Shown: positions 27,147 through 36,122 of the stretch, piece after piece
How positions within the stretch are numbered: the first letter of the stretch is position 1
How the letters are laid out: every line of letters begins with the position of its first letter
From: a virus
IMG/VR virus record: IMGVR_UViG_3300045978_000375
Coordinates: 1 to 64,000 of that record
Reading direction: 5' to 3' (one strand)
DNA: 64,000 nucleotides
The notes under the pieces: model-generated
The model's input: only the letters and a program-made list of their open reading frames with translations
Told to the model about the DNA's origin: nothing
Databases searched by the model: none
Translations under genes and position numbers: made by a program

Positions 27147-27979
27147 TGGACATCCCGGCAGCCGCTTCGAGCATCGTCTTCACCATGCTGCGCGTCGTCG
27201 GTTCGACCGTGGTGGGTAAGCATTCGGCCGTGCTCGTGGGCGGCGAAGGCGGGGTCGGCGGCGAGGCCGTGACGGATGCCGAGGCCTTCGGCGCTCCTGG
27301 AGTCGTCTTTCGGCCGCGCCCGCCTTCAAAGGTGGACGGACGTGAGATCGGCGCTGAGGCGATGGCGGCGCGCGGGCCGCGTGGGATGGTGCCGGTCGCC
27401 TGGCGAGACCTCCGGCTGAATCGGCGCTTCCCTTCGCCAAAGCCTGGCTCGGTCGCGCTGGTCGGGTATGGCGGAGGCTTTCTGTCCTTTGACGATGCAA
27501 ACGAAGACACGTCCGTGGGGACGCTCTATGTGCCCTACAAGCGGAACGCCGACGGCACGGTGAAGGAAGCCCACATGGTCCAGCTCGGCGTGGACGGAAG
27601 CGGAAAACCGTTCATCGGCCTCATCAACGGCACCGGACTCCGCGTGACGTTGCTCGATGACGAGGTCGTGGTGGCGAGCAAGGATGGATCGAAGCGGCTC
27701 GAGGTGAACGACGACGGCGTGAACGCGGTCGGGCCGTTCAAGGCGGCGAGCGGTGCGGACCTGGGTGGGCCAACGTCGCGCGCGCTAGCGCTGCATGCTG
27801 AGCTCAACAATCTCTTGTTGCCGCTCAGCAACCTGCTCACGCAGATCACAACCCAGCTCAGTGTCGTCGGCCCCGTTGCTGGCACGCCGGGGGCGTACGT
27901 CACACCACTCGCCGCGTTCGCCACGGCGATGAGTGCAATCTCATCGACCGGAGCAACGCTTTTCACGAAGGGCGCCTAG
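27146..27979 (+). CDS. baseplate central spike (Mu gp45 / gpV-like)
   Basis: Internal ATG overlaps the upstream TGA. Has an OB-like N-terminus and a C-terminal beta-helix/helical tail. Confidence 0.55.
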   Translation: MDIPAAASSIVFTMLRVVGSTVVGKHSAVLVGGEGGVGGEAVTDAEAFGAPGVVFRPRPPSKVDGREIGAEAMAARGPRGMVPVAWRDLRLNRRFPSPKPGSVALVGYGGGFLSFDDANEDTSVGTLYVPYKRNADGTVKEAHMVQLGVDGSGKPFIGLINGTGLRVTLLDDEVVVASKDGSKRLEVNDDGVNAVGPFKAASGADLGGPTSRALALHAELNNLLLPLSNLLTQITTQLSVVGPVAGTPGAYVTPLAAFATAMSAISSTGATLFTKGA

Positions 27980-28306
27980 GTGTCGTGCGCCCTGCCGTCG
28001 CTCTCGTTCCCGGCAATCCCGGGGCCAGCGCTACCAGGCGTCGGCGTGCCCCCGCTGCCGATACCGCCAATCCCCATCGGCGGCTTCGGTGGGCTCCCGT
28101 CGCTTGCTTTCCCCGCTGTGCCTGGCCCTTCGCTGCCGAGCGTCGGCGTGCCGTCTCTGCCAACCGTTCCGCTGCCAGTGGGTCCCGGCCTGGCGCTCGG
28201 TGGCCTGCCATCTCTCGGGTTTCCAGCGATCCCGGGGCCAAGCCTGCCGGCCGTGGGAGTGCCTTCTCTGCCTGGCATCCCTCAGCCGTACTGCCCGCTC
28301 GACTGA
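27980..28306 (+). CDS. proline-rich three-repeat protein, candidate spike-tip protein
   Basis: GTG start 1 nt after the spike stop. Contains three 23-aa units LPSLxFPA(I/V)PGPxLPxVGVPxLP at 27992, 28094 and 28205. The units differ mostly by synonymous changes. All six frames are open in this region. Confidence 0.45.
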   Translation: MSCALPSLSFPAIPGPALPGVGVPPLPIPPIPIGGFGGLPSLAFPAVPGPSLPSVGVPSLPTVPLPVGPGLALGGLPSLGFPAIPGPSLPAVGVPSLPGIPQPYCPLD

Positions 28307-28354
28307 ACATCCGGTTCCTTGACCGATGAGGGGAGGAGACGCACCCTGCCTAGG

Positions 28355-29110
28355 ATGCGTTTACAGACGTCTTTGGTGCTCCTCTTGGTTGGGTGCGGGG
28401 GTAACTCGGTGGACGCACCAGCGGGCGCGGAGCAGGCGGGAATGGGGGGGTTCGTGGTGGTGGGTGGTTCCGACTCAAGTGGCGGGTCGGGCGAGACAGC
28501 TGGAGCAGGCGTCGGCGGTGCAGCGAGTGGTCGTGGCGGCGCGGGCGCAGCGGGCATGTCGGGCAAGGGTGGCGCGGCAGGTGCGAGCACTGCTGGGCGT
28601 GGTGGTAGCAGCGGCACGGGCGGCGCAGCGGGAGCCGGCTCTGGTGCGGGTGGAGCTGGCACAGGCGGCAGTGCTGGTACTGCTGGTAGCGGTGGAGGCG
28701 CTGCGACCGCCTCTAGCGGTAGCGGCGGCGCTGGCGGAGCCATGGTGGGGGCCGGTTCCGGTGGCTCCGACACGGGGGGTGGCGGCGCGAGCGCTGGCAC
28801 CGGCGGCGAGGCTACGAGGTCCCTTCTCGGGTGCGGCGAATCGGCAAGCGGTTACCCGTGCGGCCCCGATCAGTACCTTTGGAAATGCCCCGACGAGGCG
28901 CAGCCGGTCGGACCGTACACCGGCCTCGGGCCTACCAACTATCCGGATGTTGGCTGCGAAAGCGCCGGTGACGAGAGTGAGTGGTGTTGCGACGCTGCCG
29001 TGATTCTAGACACGCGGCTAGTGCCGGCCGACGTCTGTCCACCGAACCAGCAGCCCTTTCAGTTCAACGATAGGCCCGACGGTGAGTACGTTTGCGTAGG
29101 AGTGATCTGA
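28355..29110 (+). CDS. lipoprotein with Gly/Ala/Ser-rich linker and Cys-rich C-terminal domain
   Basis: MRLQTSLVLLLVGC signal peptide with a lipobox, a ~130-aa low-complexity G/A/S region, and a C-terminal ~90 aa containing 9 Cys. Confidence 0.6.
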   Translation: MRLQTSLVLLLVGCGGNSVDAPAGAEQAGMGGFVVVGGSDSSGGSGETAGAGVGGAASGRGGAGAAGMSGKGGAAGASTAGRGGSSGTGGAAGAGSGAGGAGTGGSAGTAGSGGGAATASSGSGGAGGAMVGAGSGGSDTGGGGASAGTGGEATRSLLGCGESASGYPCGPDQYLWKCPDEAQPVGPYTGLGPTNYPDVGCESAGDESEWCCDAAVILDTRLVPADVCPPNQQPFQFNDRPDGEYVCVGVI

Positions 29111-29529
29111 TGAGCAAAGCCCCGAACGTCTCGCCGGGTGTGGCTGTGCTGACGACCGTCGTGGTCATCGGTGGATTCTGCCTTTACGCGTTGTTCGATC
29201 CGCTTTCGAGTCGGAAGGCCTCGACAGAACCGCCACCACCACCAGAACGCGAGTTTACGCCGAGCGAGCTCGCCTGGAGTGGCTCTCAGGCCGTAGTCGA
29301 GAAGCAGCTGAAGGTGCCGACGTCCGCAAAGTACGGGTGCGACAAGCAAGGGTACCCACCGGCGGTGTGCGTGCGCGAGCTCAGCGGCGCTCAGTTTCTG
29401 GTTTCCGGGTGGGTAGATTCACAGAACGCACTCGGGACGATGATGAGGTCCGACTTCCGGGTGCTGTGGAAACGGGAAGCGAACGGGGACTGGACGCTCG
29501 TGTCCGGCCCGGAGATCGAGCAGCGCTGA
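29110..29529 (+). CDS. membrane-anchored protein
   Basis: ATG overlaps the upstream TGA. One N-terminal TM helix (GVAVLTTVVVIGGFCLYALF), a Pro-rich linker and a small globular domain. Confidence 0.55.
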   Translation: MSKAPNVSPGVAVLTTVVVIGGFCLYALFDPLSSRKASTEPPPPPEREFTPSELAWSGSQAVVEKQLKVPTSAKYGCDKQGYPPAVCVRELSGAQFLVSGWVDSQNALGTMMRSDFRVLWKREANGDWTLVSGPEIEQR

Positions 29530-29568
29530 GCGGGTCAAGCCCAGCCATGGGCGCCAGGGTTTCCCGGC

Positions 29569-30018
29569 GTGCCCGGGTCCGTCGTCCCCCAGCCGATTCG
29601 AAGCTTCCTGCTCGGCGCTGAAGGCGTGCCGACGGGCAAGCCCATCGCGATCCTTGCGGACCCGATCGATCCAGCGACCGGCGAGTACCTGTCGATCGCG
29701 CGTGGCTTCGACCCCGCCGACGCGGCCGTCTTCGTTGCACTGACGACGGTCCGTCGCTCGGGCAGCGCCGTAGAGAACGTCGGGCAAAGGTTCGCGGACC
29801 ACAAACTCATCGACGGTGAGATCGCGCCCTTCCTGCGGGAAGAGGTGCGACTCGCGCTGAAGTCCCTCATCGACCGGGGCGCCGTCACGCTCGACCGCGT
29901 CATCGTCGAGCCGAGCGGGGACACCGCAAACATCTTCGTCGAGTACACGAACGTCGCGCGGCAGAAGCGGCAGCTCGTCCAACTCCCGCCGAAGACTCTC
30001 CTCGGGATGGCGGCCTGA
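29569..30018 (+). CDS. baseplate wedge protein (Mu gp46 / gp25-like)
   Basis: 149 aa with a GTG start, coupled to the J-like gene. Confidence 0.45.
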   Translation: MPGSVVPQPIRSFLLGAEGVPTGKPIAILADPIDPATGEYLSIARGFDPADAAVFVALTTVRRSGSAVENVGQRFADHKLIDGEIAPFLREEVRLALKSLIDRGAVTLDRVIVEPSGDTANIFVEYTNVARQKRQLVQLPPKTLLGMAA

Positions 30019-31613
30019 TGGCTCTCGCAACACCGGTCGACCGGGAGTTCAAGACGCAGCGCGCTGGCTTCATCCGCGACAGCGTGGTGCTCGCGCACTT
30101 CCGCGAAGGGCTCAGAGCACTGGTGAATCCCGAGACCGGGCAGGCCTTCACCGAGGACGAGATCGCTGCGGCGACGGCACCGGGCTCGACCTGGTACGTG
30201 CGAGCTCAGGCGATCGACGACCTCGGGCAGCAGGAGCAGCGGAACGCGCTCTACCTCGCCGACCAGATCCGCATCGAGCGCGCGACGGGCGGGTGGCTCA
30301 TCAGCTACCACGGCGAGATCTGGCAGGAGAACCTACTGCCCGCGAGCGGCGCGTCGGGGCCAGTGACGGTGACGGGCGTGGCCGGCACGGTGGTGGTCGG
30401 CTCGACGACGCTCGGCGACCCGAACGCTTACACAGCTCGGGACCCCGCGGGAAACCTCTACCAAGTTTTCGTTTCGGCGACGATTGGTGCCCAGAGCTTC
30501 GTCACCTGCTCGATGATCGCTGTCAGCACCGGCACGGCGACGAACCTGCCGGCCGGTACGGTGCTCACGTGGGAGACGCGGGACCCGAACATGGGCCCGA
30601 CCGCAACGGTGGCCGAGGACTTCCGGGGCGGCACCGACCAGGAGACGGAAGCGGAGTTCGCGTCACGGCTCGCGCAGATCATCCGCGACAAGCCGGGCGC
30701 CGGCAACGATGCCGAGCAGCGGTACTGGGCTCGAAAGAGCACGAACGCGGTCGAGGACGCCTTCGTCTATCCCTGCGTGCTGAACGACGGCTCGTTCGCC
30801 ATCGCGATCACGCAGAAGCGGGGGAGCTCGGTCGGCCCCATCGCGCGCATCCCGAGCACGAGCACGATCGCTGCCGCGCGCGCCTACCTCACGCCGCCGA
30901 GCTCGCCCGTGCAGCCGTCAAGGCCGTTTGGGCTCGTCGTGCCGGCTGCGTCCGAGGGCACGAATCTCGTCATTCAGCTCCGGATGCAGCGCGCGAGCAA
31001 CGCCGGGTGGCGGGACTCGCAGCCATTCCCGAGAGTGGGCAGCCCGGTCTCGGGCGTGATCAGCGTCTCGAGCCAGACCGACTTCGTCATCACGAGCCCC
31101 AACGACCCGAACCTTCCCGGTTTGCCGGCGCTGTCCACCGCGACCGCGCCGAACGTACCCCATTTCGCCCTCTGGAACTTCCTCCGGTCCGAGTGGGTGG
31201 AGCTCGACATCGCGAGCGTGCAGCACACGAGTGGCACGAGCTATCGGGTGATCCTGAACTCGCCTCCGAACTTCACCGTCTTTCCAGGCACGTACGCGAG
31301 CCCGGCGACAGAACGATTCAGCATCATCCGGCAGGCTGTTGAGGACTACTTCGACGAGCTCGGGCCGCACGACTTCTTCGACGTGACGACGGACCCGCGA
31401 GGCGCGCGCTGCCTCCGCTTCCCCGACTTTGCCGAGCAGTGGCCGTCGCGCGCCGGCACGGACGTCGTAACGCGCATTCTCGCGGCGCTCGGCAACACGA
31501 ACGCCGACGGGGTCCTCACGTCCATCAGCAAGTCGGTGCCGAGCTACCAGCCGTCGCCGCAGCTCGGTCCGAAGATGCTCACGCTCGGCGCACTCGCCAT
31601 TTACGAGCTCTAA
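30018..31613 (+). CDS. baseplate J-like protein (Mu gp47)
   Basis: 531 aa. GGTDQETEAEFASRLAQIIRDKPGAGN is the typical Baseplate_J motif. Confidence 0.75.
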   Translation: MALATPVDREFKTQRAGFIRDSVVLAHFREGLRALVNPETGQAFTEDEIAAATAPGSTWYVRAQAIDDLGQQEQRNALYLADQIRIERATGGWLISYHGEIWQENLLPASGASGPVTVTGVAGTVVVGSTTLGDPNAYTARDPAGNLYQVFVSATIGAQSFVTCSMIAVSTGTATNLPAGTVLTWETRDPNMGPTATVAEDFRGGTDQETEAEFASRLAQIIRDKPGAGNDAEQRYWARKSTNAVEDAFVYPCVLNDGSFAIAITQKRGSSVGPIARIPSTSTIAAARAYLTPPSSPVQPSRPFGLVVPAASEGTNLVIQLRMQRASNAGWRDSQPFPRVGSPVSGVISVSSQTDFVITSPNDPNLPGLPALSTATAPNVPHFALWNFLRSEWVELDIASVQHTSGTSYRVILNSPPNFTVFPGTYASPATERFSIIRQAVEDYFDELGPHDFFDVTTDPRGARCLRFPDFAEQWPSRAGTDVVTRILAALGNTNADGVLTSISKSVPSYQPSPQLGPKMLTLGALAIYEL

Positions 31614-31616
31614 GCC

Positions 31617-32114
31617 ATGGGAATCGGTTTTCCTCGTCGCCTCATTCGGTCGCACCTCGGGCCGAAGCTTCGGAACAACTATCCGGTGGAAAACCCGGCA
31701 AGCGACGTCGGCGATGCGACGCTGAACGGCCTCTTCTGGAACACCGCCGGCCTCGGGCTCGTCGGCGCGCGCTGGGTCGTCATCGCTGCGTGGAACGGCT
31801 CGCAGCTCGTCATCCAGCACCAGGCAGAGGCGTGGAACCCGGAGAACGACCAGGCCCACCCCGTGCTCGCGCGCACCGGCACCGGCACCTACACCTACAC
31901 GTTCGCGTCGACCTACCTCGACGAAGATGGAGTCGCGGTCCCGACGGTCATCTACGCGCCCAATGGGTGCGTGAACCGTACCCTCTCGGCAGCGTCCGAG
32001 CGGACCGACCTCTACGCGTGGATCCCGGTCGGCACGCCGCTCGTCGTGCAGGCGCGGCAGTGGGATGACGGCGGCACCGCACGGGACGAGCCGTTCGCGC
32101 TCGCGGGCTGGTGA
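31617..32114 (+). CDS. hypothetical baseplate-associated protein
   Basis: 165 aa, between the J-like and gp48-like genes. Confidence 0.45.
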   Translation: MGIGFPRRLIRSHLGPKLRNNYPVENPASDVGDATLNGLFWNTAGLGLVGARWVVIAAWNGSQLVIQHQAEAWNPENDQAHPVLARTGTGTYTYTFASTYLDEDGVAVPTVIYAPNGCVNRTLSAASERTDLYAWIPVGTPLVVQARQWDDGGTARDEPFALAGW

Positions 32115-32821
32115 TGCTCGGCAGCCTGAACCCACTGCCTTTCCAGGTTGGCGGCGGCCCCACCCGGAGTTCAAAGGCCTACCAGACGCTCCGGCAGGCG
32201 GTCGGCCAGGGCGGGAGCGCCAAGAGCGACCTCGGCATCGACGGCCTCTGGCGGCGCGCAGAGGCGAAGGGCATGGCGGCGGCGACGAGCTCGACCCGGC
32301 GGGCGCTCTTTCAGGCGTTCCCTCAGTGCGCGACCGACCTCATCCCCTACTACGAGCGGCGGCTCGGGCTTACGCCGGGCGCGACGGACAACGAGGAGCA
32401 GCGGCGGCGTGCTGTCGTCGTGCGCTGGGTGCAAAAGCCCATCAGGAGCTGGCCCGAGCTCGAGCAGGCGCTCAAGGCCATCGATCCGCGCTTCGCGCTC
32501 GTCCTACCGTCCGACTCGATCGAGATTGTCGGGTGGATGGGGCGAGCGTTCGATGCGTACATCCCAAGCGACGCGACGAATGGGCCGCCGATGGGCCTGC
32601 CGGGCGGCTGTTCGCTCTTGCCAGGTTACTCGACGCGGGACCTTCTCCGCGTGTCGTTCCCGCCTGGCTATGTGGGAGTGCCGACGCCAGCGGACCTCGA
32701 GCGCATCGAGCGGGCCAAGCGCCTGCTCCGGAGCACGCTCGCTCCCTGGGTGAATTTCCAGATTTCGATCGGCCCTTGGAAGCTCAGTGAAACGCCGATC
32801 GGCTACGGAGAACTCGCATGA
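32111..32821 (+). CDS. Mu gp48-like (DUF2313-like) baseplate/tail protein
   Basis: 236 aa. YYERRLGLTPGATDNEEQRRRAVVVRW resembles the gp48 family motif. Confidence 0.55.
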   Translation: MMLGSLNPLPFQVGGGPTRSSKAYQTLRQAVGQGGSAKSDLGIDGLWRRAEAKGMAAATSSTRRALFQAFPQCATDLIPYYERRLGLTPGATDNEEQRRRAVVVRWVQKPIRSWPELEQALKAIDPRFALVLPSDSIEIVGWMGRAFDAYIPSDATNGPPMGLPGGCSLLPGYSTRDLLRVSFPPGYVGVPTPADLERIERAKRLLRSTLAPWVNFQISIGPWKLSETPIGYGELA

Positions 32822-33870
32822 CTCAACCCGCCTGGCCGTTCGTTCTGCCGCACGGCGGCTCGTACACGTCGGGGCAGGTGCCGAGCCACACCGAACTGAA
32901 CCTCCTGCAGGAGCAGAGTGCGGCCGCGGCGGACGGCCGCATTTGGACCGATCTCGCGGCGCTCAAAAACTCCCGCTTGCTCACCTCCGGAACGCTGCCG
33001 GCGACGATGGGGCCGAACGCTGTAGCGCACGACCCGGTCTCGCGGCGCTGGTTCATGTTCGGCGCGACGTCGGGAGCGGCCGCTTGGGCTTGGACGATGG
33101 GGTCCCGCATCGTCGGCAATGGTGCGACCGGTGACCTCACCGATGTTGTGTGCGCAGCGTCGAGCCCCGCGGGCGTAGTGCTAGCCGGCGGCGCGAACAG
33201 CGGCTCCACGCTGAAGATCACCGAAACGAGCAACGCCGGGATGAATTGGACGCCGCGGAGCATCGGCTCTGCCGACAGCACCATCGTCCGGTCTCTCGCC
33301 TACGTGCAGTCGCTCGGACTTTGGCTTGCAGCCAAGTCGGCGACGGGGGATGCCGGGATCTGGTCCTCCAGCGACCGCATCACGTGGACGAAGCGCTCGG
33401 GCCTCTACGGGATGTTCGTCGTGAGGGAGAGCCCCACGCGCATCCTCGCGGTGAACCAGATCACGACGCCGGGGACTCAGTACGTCTACAGTGACGACGG
33501 CATCACGTGGACGACGCAGACCTTCCCCGTGAATCTCGGCACCTCGGCCCACCGAGGCTGTTGGTCGGACCATTACGGCAAGTTCTACGTGGTGGCTCCC
33601 GCCGACGGCGTGTACTCGTCCTCTGACGGCCTCACGGGCAGCTGGACGCAGATCTCCACGCAGAACGATGCGTCCGTCGCCTGCCTCGGCCGCGCCCTCC
33701 TCATCGGGAACGGCACGACGAGCGTGGACGGCGGAGCGACGTGGATCCCGGTGGTGGACGTTCCGAACGCAACGACAACCCTCGAGTGGCATGCAGCACC
33801 GGGGATCGGCGCGCTCGGACTTCGAACGTCCATTCCGGAATTGTACCTGTCCCTCCTCGGCGGCTTCTGA
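32818..33870 (+). CDS. fibre / receptor-binding protein with BNR (Asp-box) beta-propeller
   Basis: 350 aa with five Asp-box-like motifs. Two fit SxDxGxTW exactly (YSDDGITW, SVDGGATW). The others are SSDRITW, SNAGMNW and SSDGLTGSW. Confidence 0.55.
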   Translation: MTQPAWPFVLPHGGSYTSGQVPSHTELNLLQEQSAAAADGRIWTDLAALKNSRLLTSGTLPATMGPNAVAHDPVSRRWFMFGATSGAAAWAWTMGSRIVGNGATGDLTDVVCAASSPAGVVLAGGANSGSTLKITETSNAGMNWTPRSIGSADSTIVRSLAYVQSLGLWLAAKSATGDAGIWSSSDRITWTKRSGLYGMFVVRESPTRILAVNQITTPGTQYVYSDDGITWTTQTFPVNLGTSAHRGCWSDHYGKFYVVAPADGVYSSSDGLTGSWTQISTQNDASVACLGRALLIGNGTTSVDGGATWIPVVDVPNATTTLEWHAAPGIGALGLRTSIPELYLSLLGGF

Positions 33871-34244
33871 TGGCGGACTTCGACCTCAAGGTCGCGCTCG
33901 GCACCACACTGCAAAAGTGGGTCGATCCACCCGGCCCGAACGGCGAGCCCTCGAGGCTCCAGCCCCACCCGGGGAGGGAGCAGCTCTACTACCTCGGGCA
34001 CGTCGCGTCGCTCATCATCATCCATGCGGTCGTGAACCTTGTCGAGGCGCCGGACGACAGCGCACTCGGCGGCCGGCTCTTTTATGCCTTTCAGGCCGAG
34101 GGAGTCGTGCCGCAGATCCTGACGAGCCCGCTCGGGATGAGTGCGCGCGTGAGCTGGCTGCCGTCCTATCCGGGGCACTACGTGATTGGCGTCCGCAGGC
34201 CAGACGGCGGCGCCGTACTCGTGCCTTTCGACATCGCGGCGTGA
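33870..34244 (+). CDS. hypothetical fibre-associated protein
   Basis: Internal ATG overlaps the upstream TGA. 124 aa. Confidence 0.45.
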   Translation: MADFDLKVALGTTLQKWVDPPGPNGEPSRLQPHPGREQLYYLGHVASLIIIHAVVNLVEAPDDSALGGRLFYAFQAEGVVPQILTSPLGMSARVSWLPSYPGHYVIGVRRPDGGAVLVPFDIAA

Positions 34245-34250
34245 GGAGCC

Positions 34251-35312
34251 ATGCCGACGATTGACGAACTCTCTCCCCGGACGGTCCGCGAGAAGAAGCT
34301 CGACGTCCAGCTCGCGCCGAACGACACGGCGCCCCGAGCGCGAAGCCCCGTCACGCTCCTCGTGTCGTATGACCGCACGCTTCCAGCCGGAGTGATGCTA
34401 CCGATCCTCTTCGAGGTGCAGGGGCCGAGTGCCTCGAGCTACCAGCGGCGCGAGTTTTTGAAGCACAAGCCGACGACCGTCATCTTCACGCCTCGCGAGG
34501 GAGGCCGTCATCATGTGACGGTGCGTGAGGTCGGACATAACCTTTGGTGGGGGTCGCTCGCGTTCGAAGTGGCTGGCGACGAGCTTCGGGCTGAGCCATT
34601 GCGCGCGAAGCTGCCGCCAGCGGTCCTGCCGGCGGCGCTACCGAACGAACCACCGCCGCCACCGCCGCCAGCCGGCCCGACCACGACACCGTCGTGGATT
34701 GCAGTCGGCGTGGCGGACACGACAGGAACGAGCAGTGCAGCTCCGGCCTATGGGAGCAACAACGCCGGCGACCTGTTCGTGATGGTGGTGGGTGGCCGCA
34801 TCAGTGCGTTCACGACGCCGTCGGGCTGGACCTTGCAGGCTGGTCCAAACGAGTTGGGTGGGCGGCGCTGCTACATTCTCACCCGGGACGCGAGGAGCAG
34901 CGGTGCCGAGTCGGGCACGGTTGCGGTGACGCTGACCGCAAACTCGCAGATCTCGACCATTCATACGTTCCGGGACGTTGCGACCAGCTCTTTCGTCGAG
35001 GATCCGTCGACAGATGGGCTGTCGAGTGGCAACTCCGGTGTGCTGCCTCCCGATATTACCGCGGGAGGTGTGCACCGCCTGGCGGTCTTTGCGGCCGGTG
35101 GTGGCACGGCTGTCGTACTGGCTGACGACATCACGGGCGAGACCGGTGGCACATGGGTGCTTCGGGACGAGGACACGAGCGGGACGGGTTCCGATTCCGC
35201 CTATGGCCTCTACACGGCTGCCCTGAGCGCGGGCGGCACGATCGCCGGTGGCGCCGGTGTGGTCGACGTCGAGGAGCACAGTTCGGTGGGCTTCGCCCTA
35301 GTCGGCACCTGA
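34251..35312 (+). CDS. fibre-cluster protein (Ig-like N-terminus, Pro linker, beta-rich C-terminus)
   Basis: 353 aa with a GAGGAG RBS and a PPPPPPPAGP linker. Confidence 0.5.
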   Translation: MPTIDELSPRTVREKKLDVQLAPNDTAPRARSPVTLLVSYDRTLPAGVMLPILFEVQGPSASSYQRREFLKHKPTTVIFTPREGGRHHVTVREVGHNLWWGSLAFEVAGDELRAEPLRAKLPPAVLPAALPNEPPPPPPPAGPTTTPSWIAVGVADTTGTSSAAPAYGSNNAGDLFVMVVGGRISAFTTPSGWTLQAGPNELGGRRCYILTRDARSSGAESGTVAVTLTANSQISTIHTFRDVATSSFVEDPSTDGLSSGNSGVLPPDITAGGVHRLAVFAAGGGTAVVLADDITGETGGTWVLRDEDTSGTGSDSAYGLYTAALSAGGTIAGGAGVVDVEEHSSVGFALVGT

Positions 35313-35343
35313 CAGGGTCAAGCGGCGGGGGTGGCGGCAGGTT

Positions 35344-35946
35344 GTGGGCACCATGAACCCAACCACGGTCAAAGTCGCCTCTATTATCGCGGGCGTCGTC
35401 GTGCTCGCAATTGCCGTGTTCGGCCCCGGCCTCACGCCAGAGATCCGAGGTGGCTTGATCCTGATGGGCGGCTTCCTGCTCGGCTACCCGGTGGCCGCTC
35501 CCGGTGCCGGAAAGGCCGGCATGCTGCTGCTTGCGCTCGCTCTGCCGCCCGCGCTCACGGGCTGCGCCTCGACGGCGGCGCCGAAGGACGGCGCGTCAGT
35601 CCGGCGGGCGGCGCAGGGCGCCTACACGGGTGCCGCCCTGCTCATCCGGGCGGTCGACGACCTCGCCGCGCGCGCCATGGATGCCGCCCAGAACCCGACG
35701 CCGGAACAGATCAAGGCCGCCGAGTCCGTCGTCGCGGTTTTGAAGTCTGCTAGGGACGCCCTGGAGAAGGCGCGCCCCTGCATCGCTGATGGTGGCTCTT
35801 GCGGCGAGCAGTTCGGTGATGTTGCGAACTGGCTCCTGACGGCCTCCGTGCTCGCATCCGACCTCACGGGCAAGCCACTCCCACCCGAGATCAGCGGTGT
35901 CCTCGACTTCGTTCTCGCGTACGCGGGAAAGGACGGTGCTAAATGA
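35344..35946 (+). CDS. membrane protein with embedded in-frame lipoprotein start
   Basis: Two N-terminal TM helices. An internal ATG at 35521 opens MLLLALALPPALTGC, which is a lipobox. Confidence 0.5.
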   Translation: MGTMNPTTVKVASIIAGVVVLAIAVFGPGLTPEIRGGLILMGGFLLGYPVAAPGAGKAGMLLLALALPPALTGCASTAAPKDGASVRRAAQGAYTGAALLIRAVDDLAARAMDAAQNPTPEQIKAAESVVAVLKSARDALEKARPCIADGGSCGEQFGDVANWLLTASVLASDLTGKPLPPEISGVLDFVLAYAGKDGAK

Positions 35947-36122
35947 ACGCTGCTGCCATCCTCCGAGCTGCCGCGGCCATCGCCCCCGAAGCACTCCGGG
36001 CGCTCATCGACTGGCTTGACGGAGCCGACGGTGACGACCCGGACGCGTTGGCCGAGCTCCCAGAGGTCCTGAAGAGCGAGCTCGCGCTGGAGCGGATGAA
36101 GGCGCGAGCGGCCAATCCGTGA
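35943..36122 (+). CDS. small hypothetical protein (59 aa, below the ORF-track cutoff)
   Basis: ATGA overlap upstream and GTGA overlap downstream. Translated by hand with no internal stop. Confidence 0.4.
   Translation: MNAAAILRAAAAIAPEALRALIDWLDGADGDDPDALAELPEVLKSELALERMKARAANP

Noticed and set aside
28326-29003. Alternative 225-aa frame, and minus-strand frames, across the Gly/Ala-rich region.
   Set aside because: The low-complexity GC-rich sequence keeps every frame open. Only the 28355 frame gives a signal peptide with a lipobox and a structured Cys-rich C-terminus.
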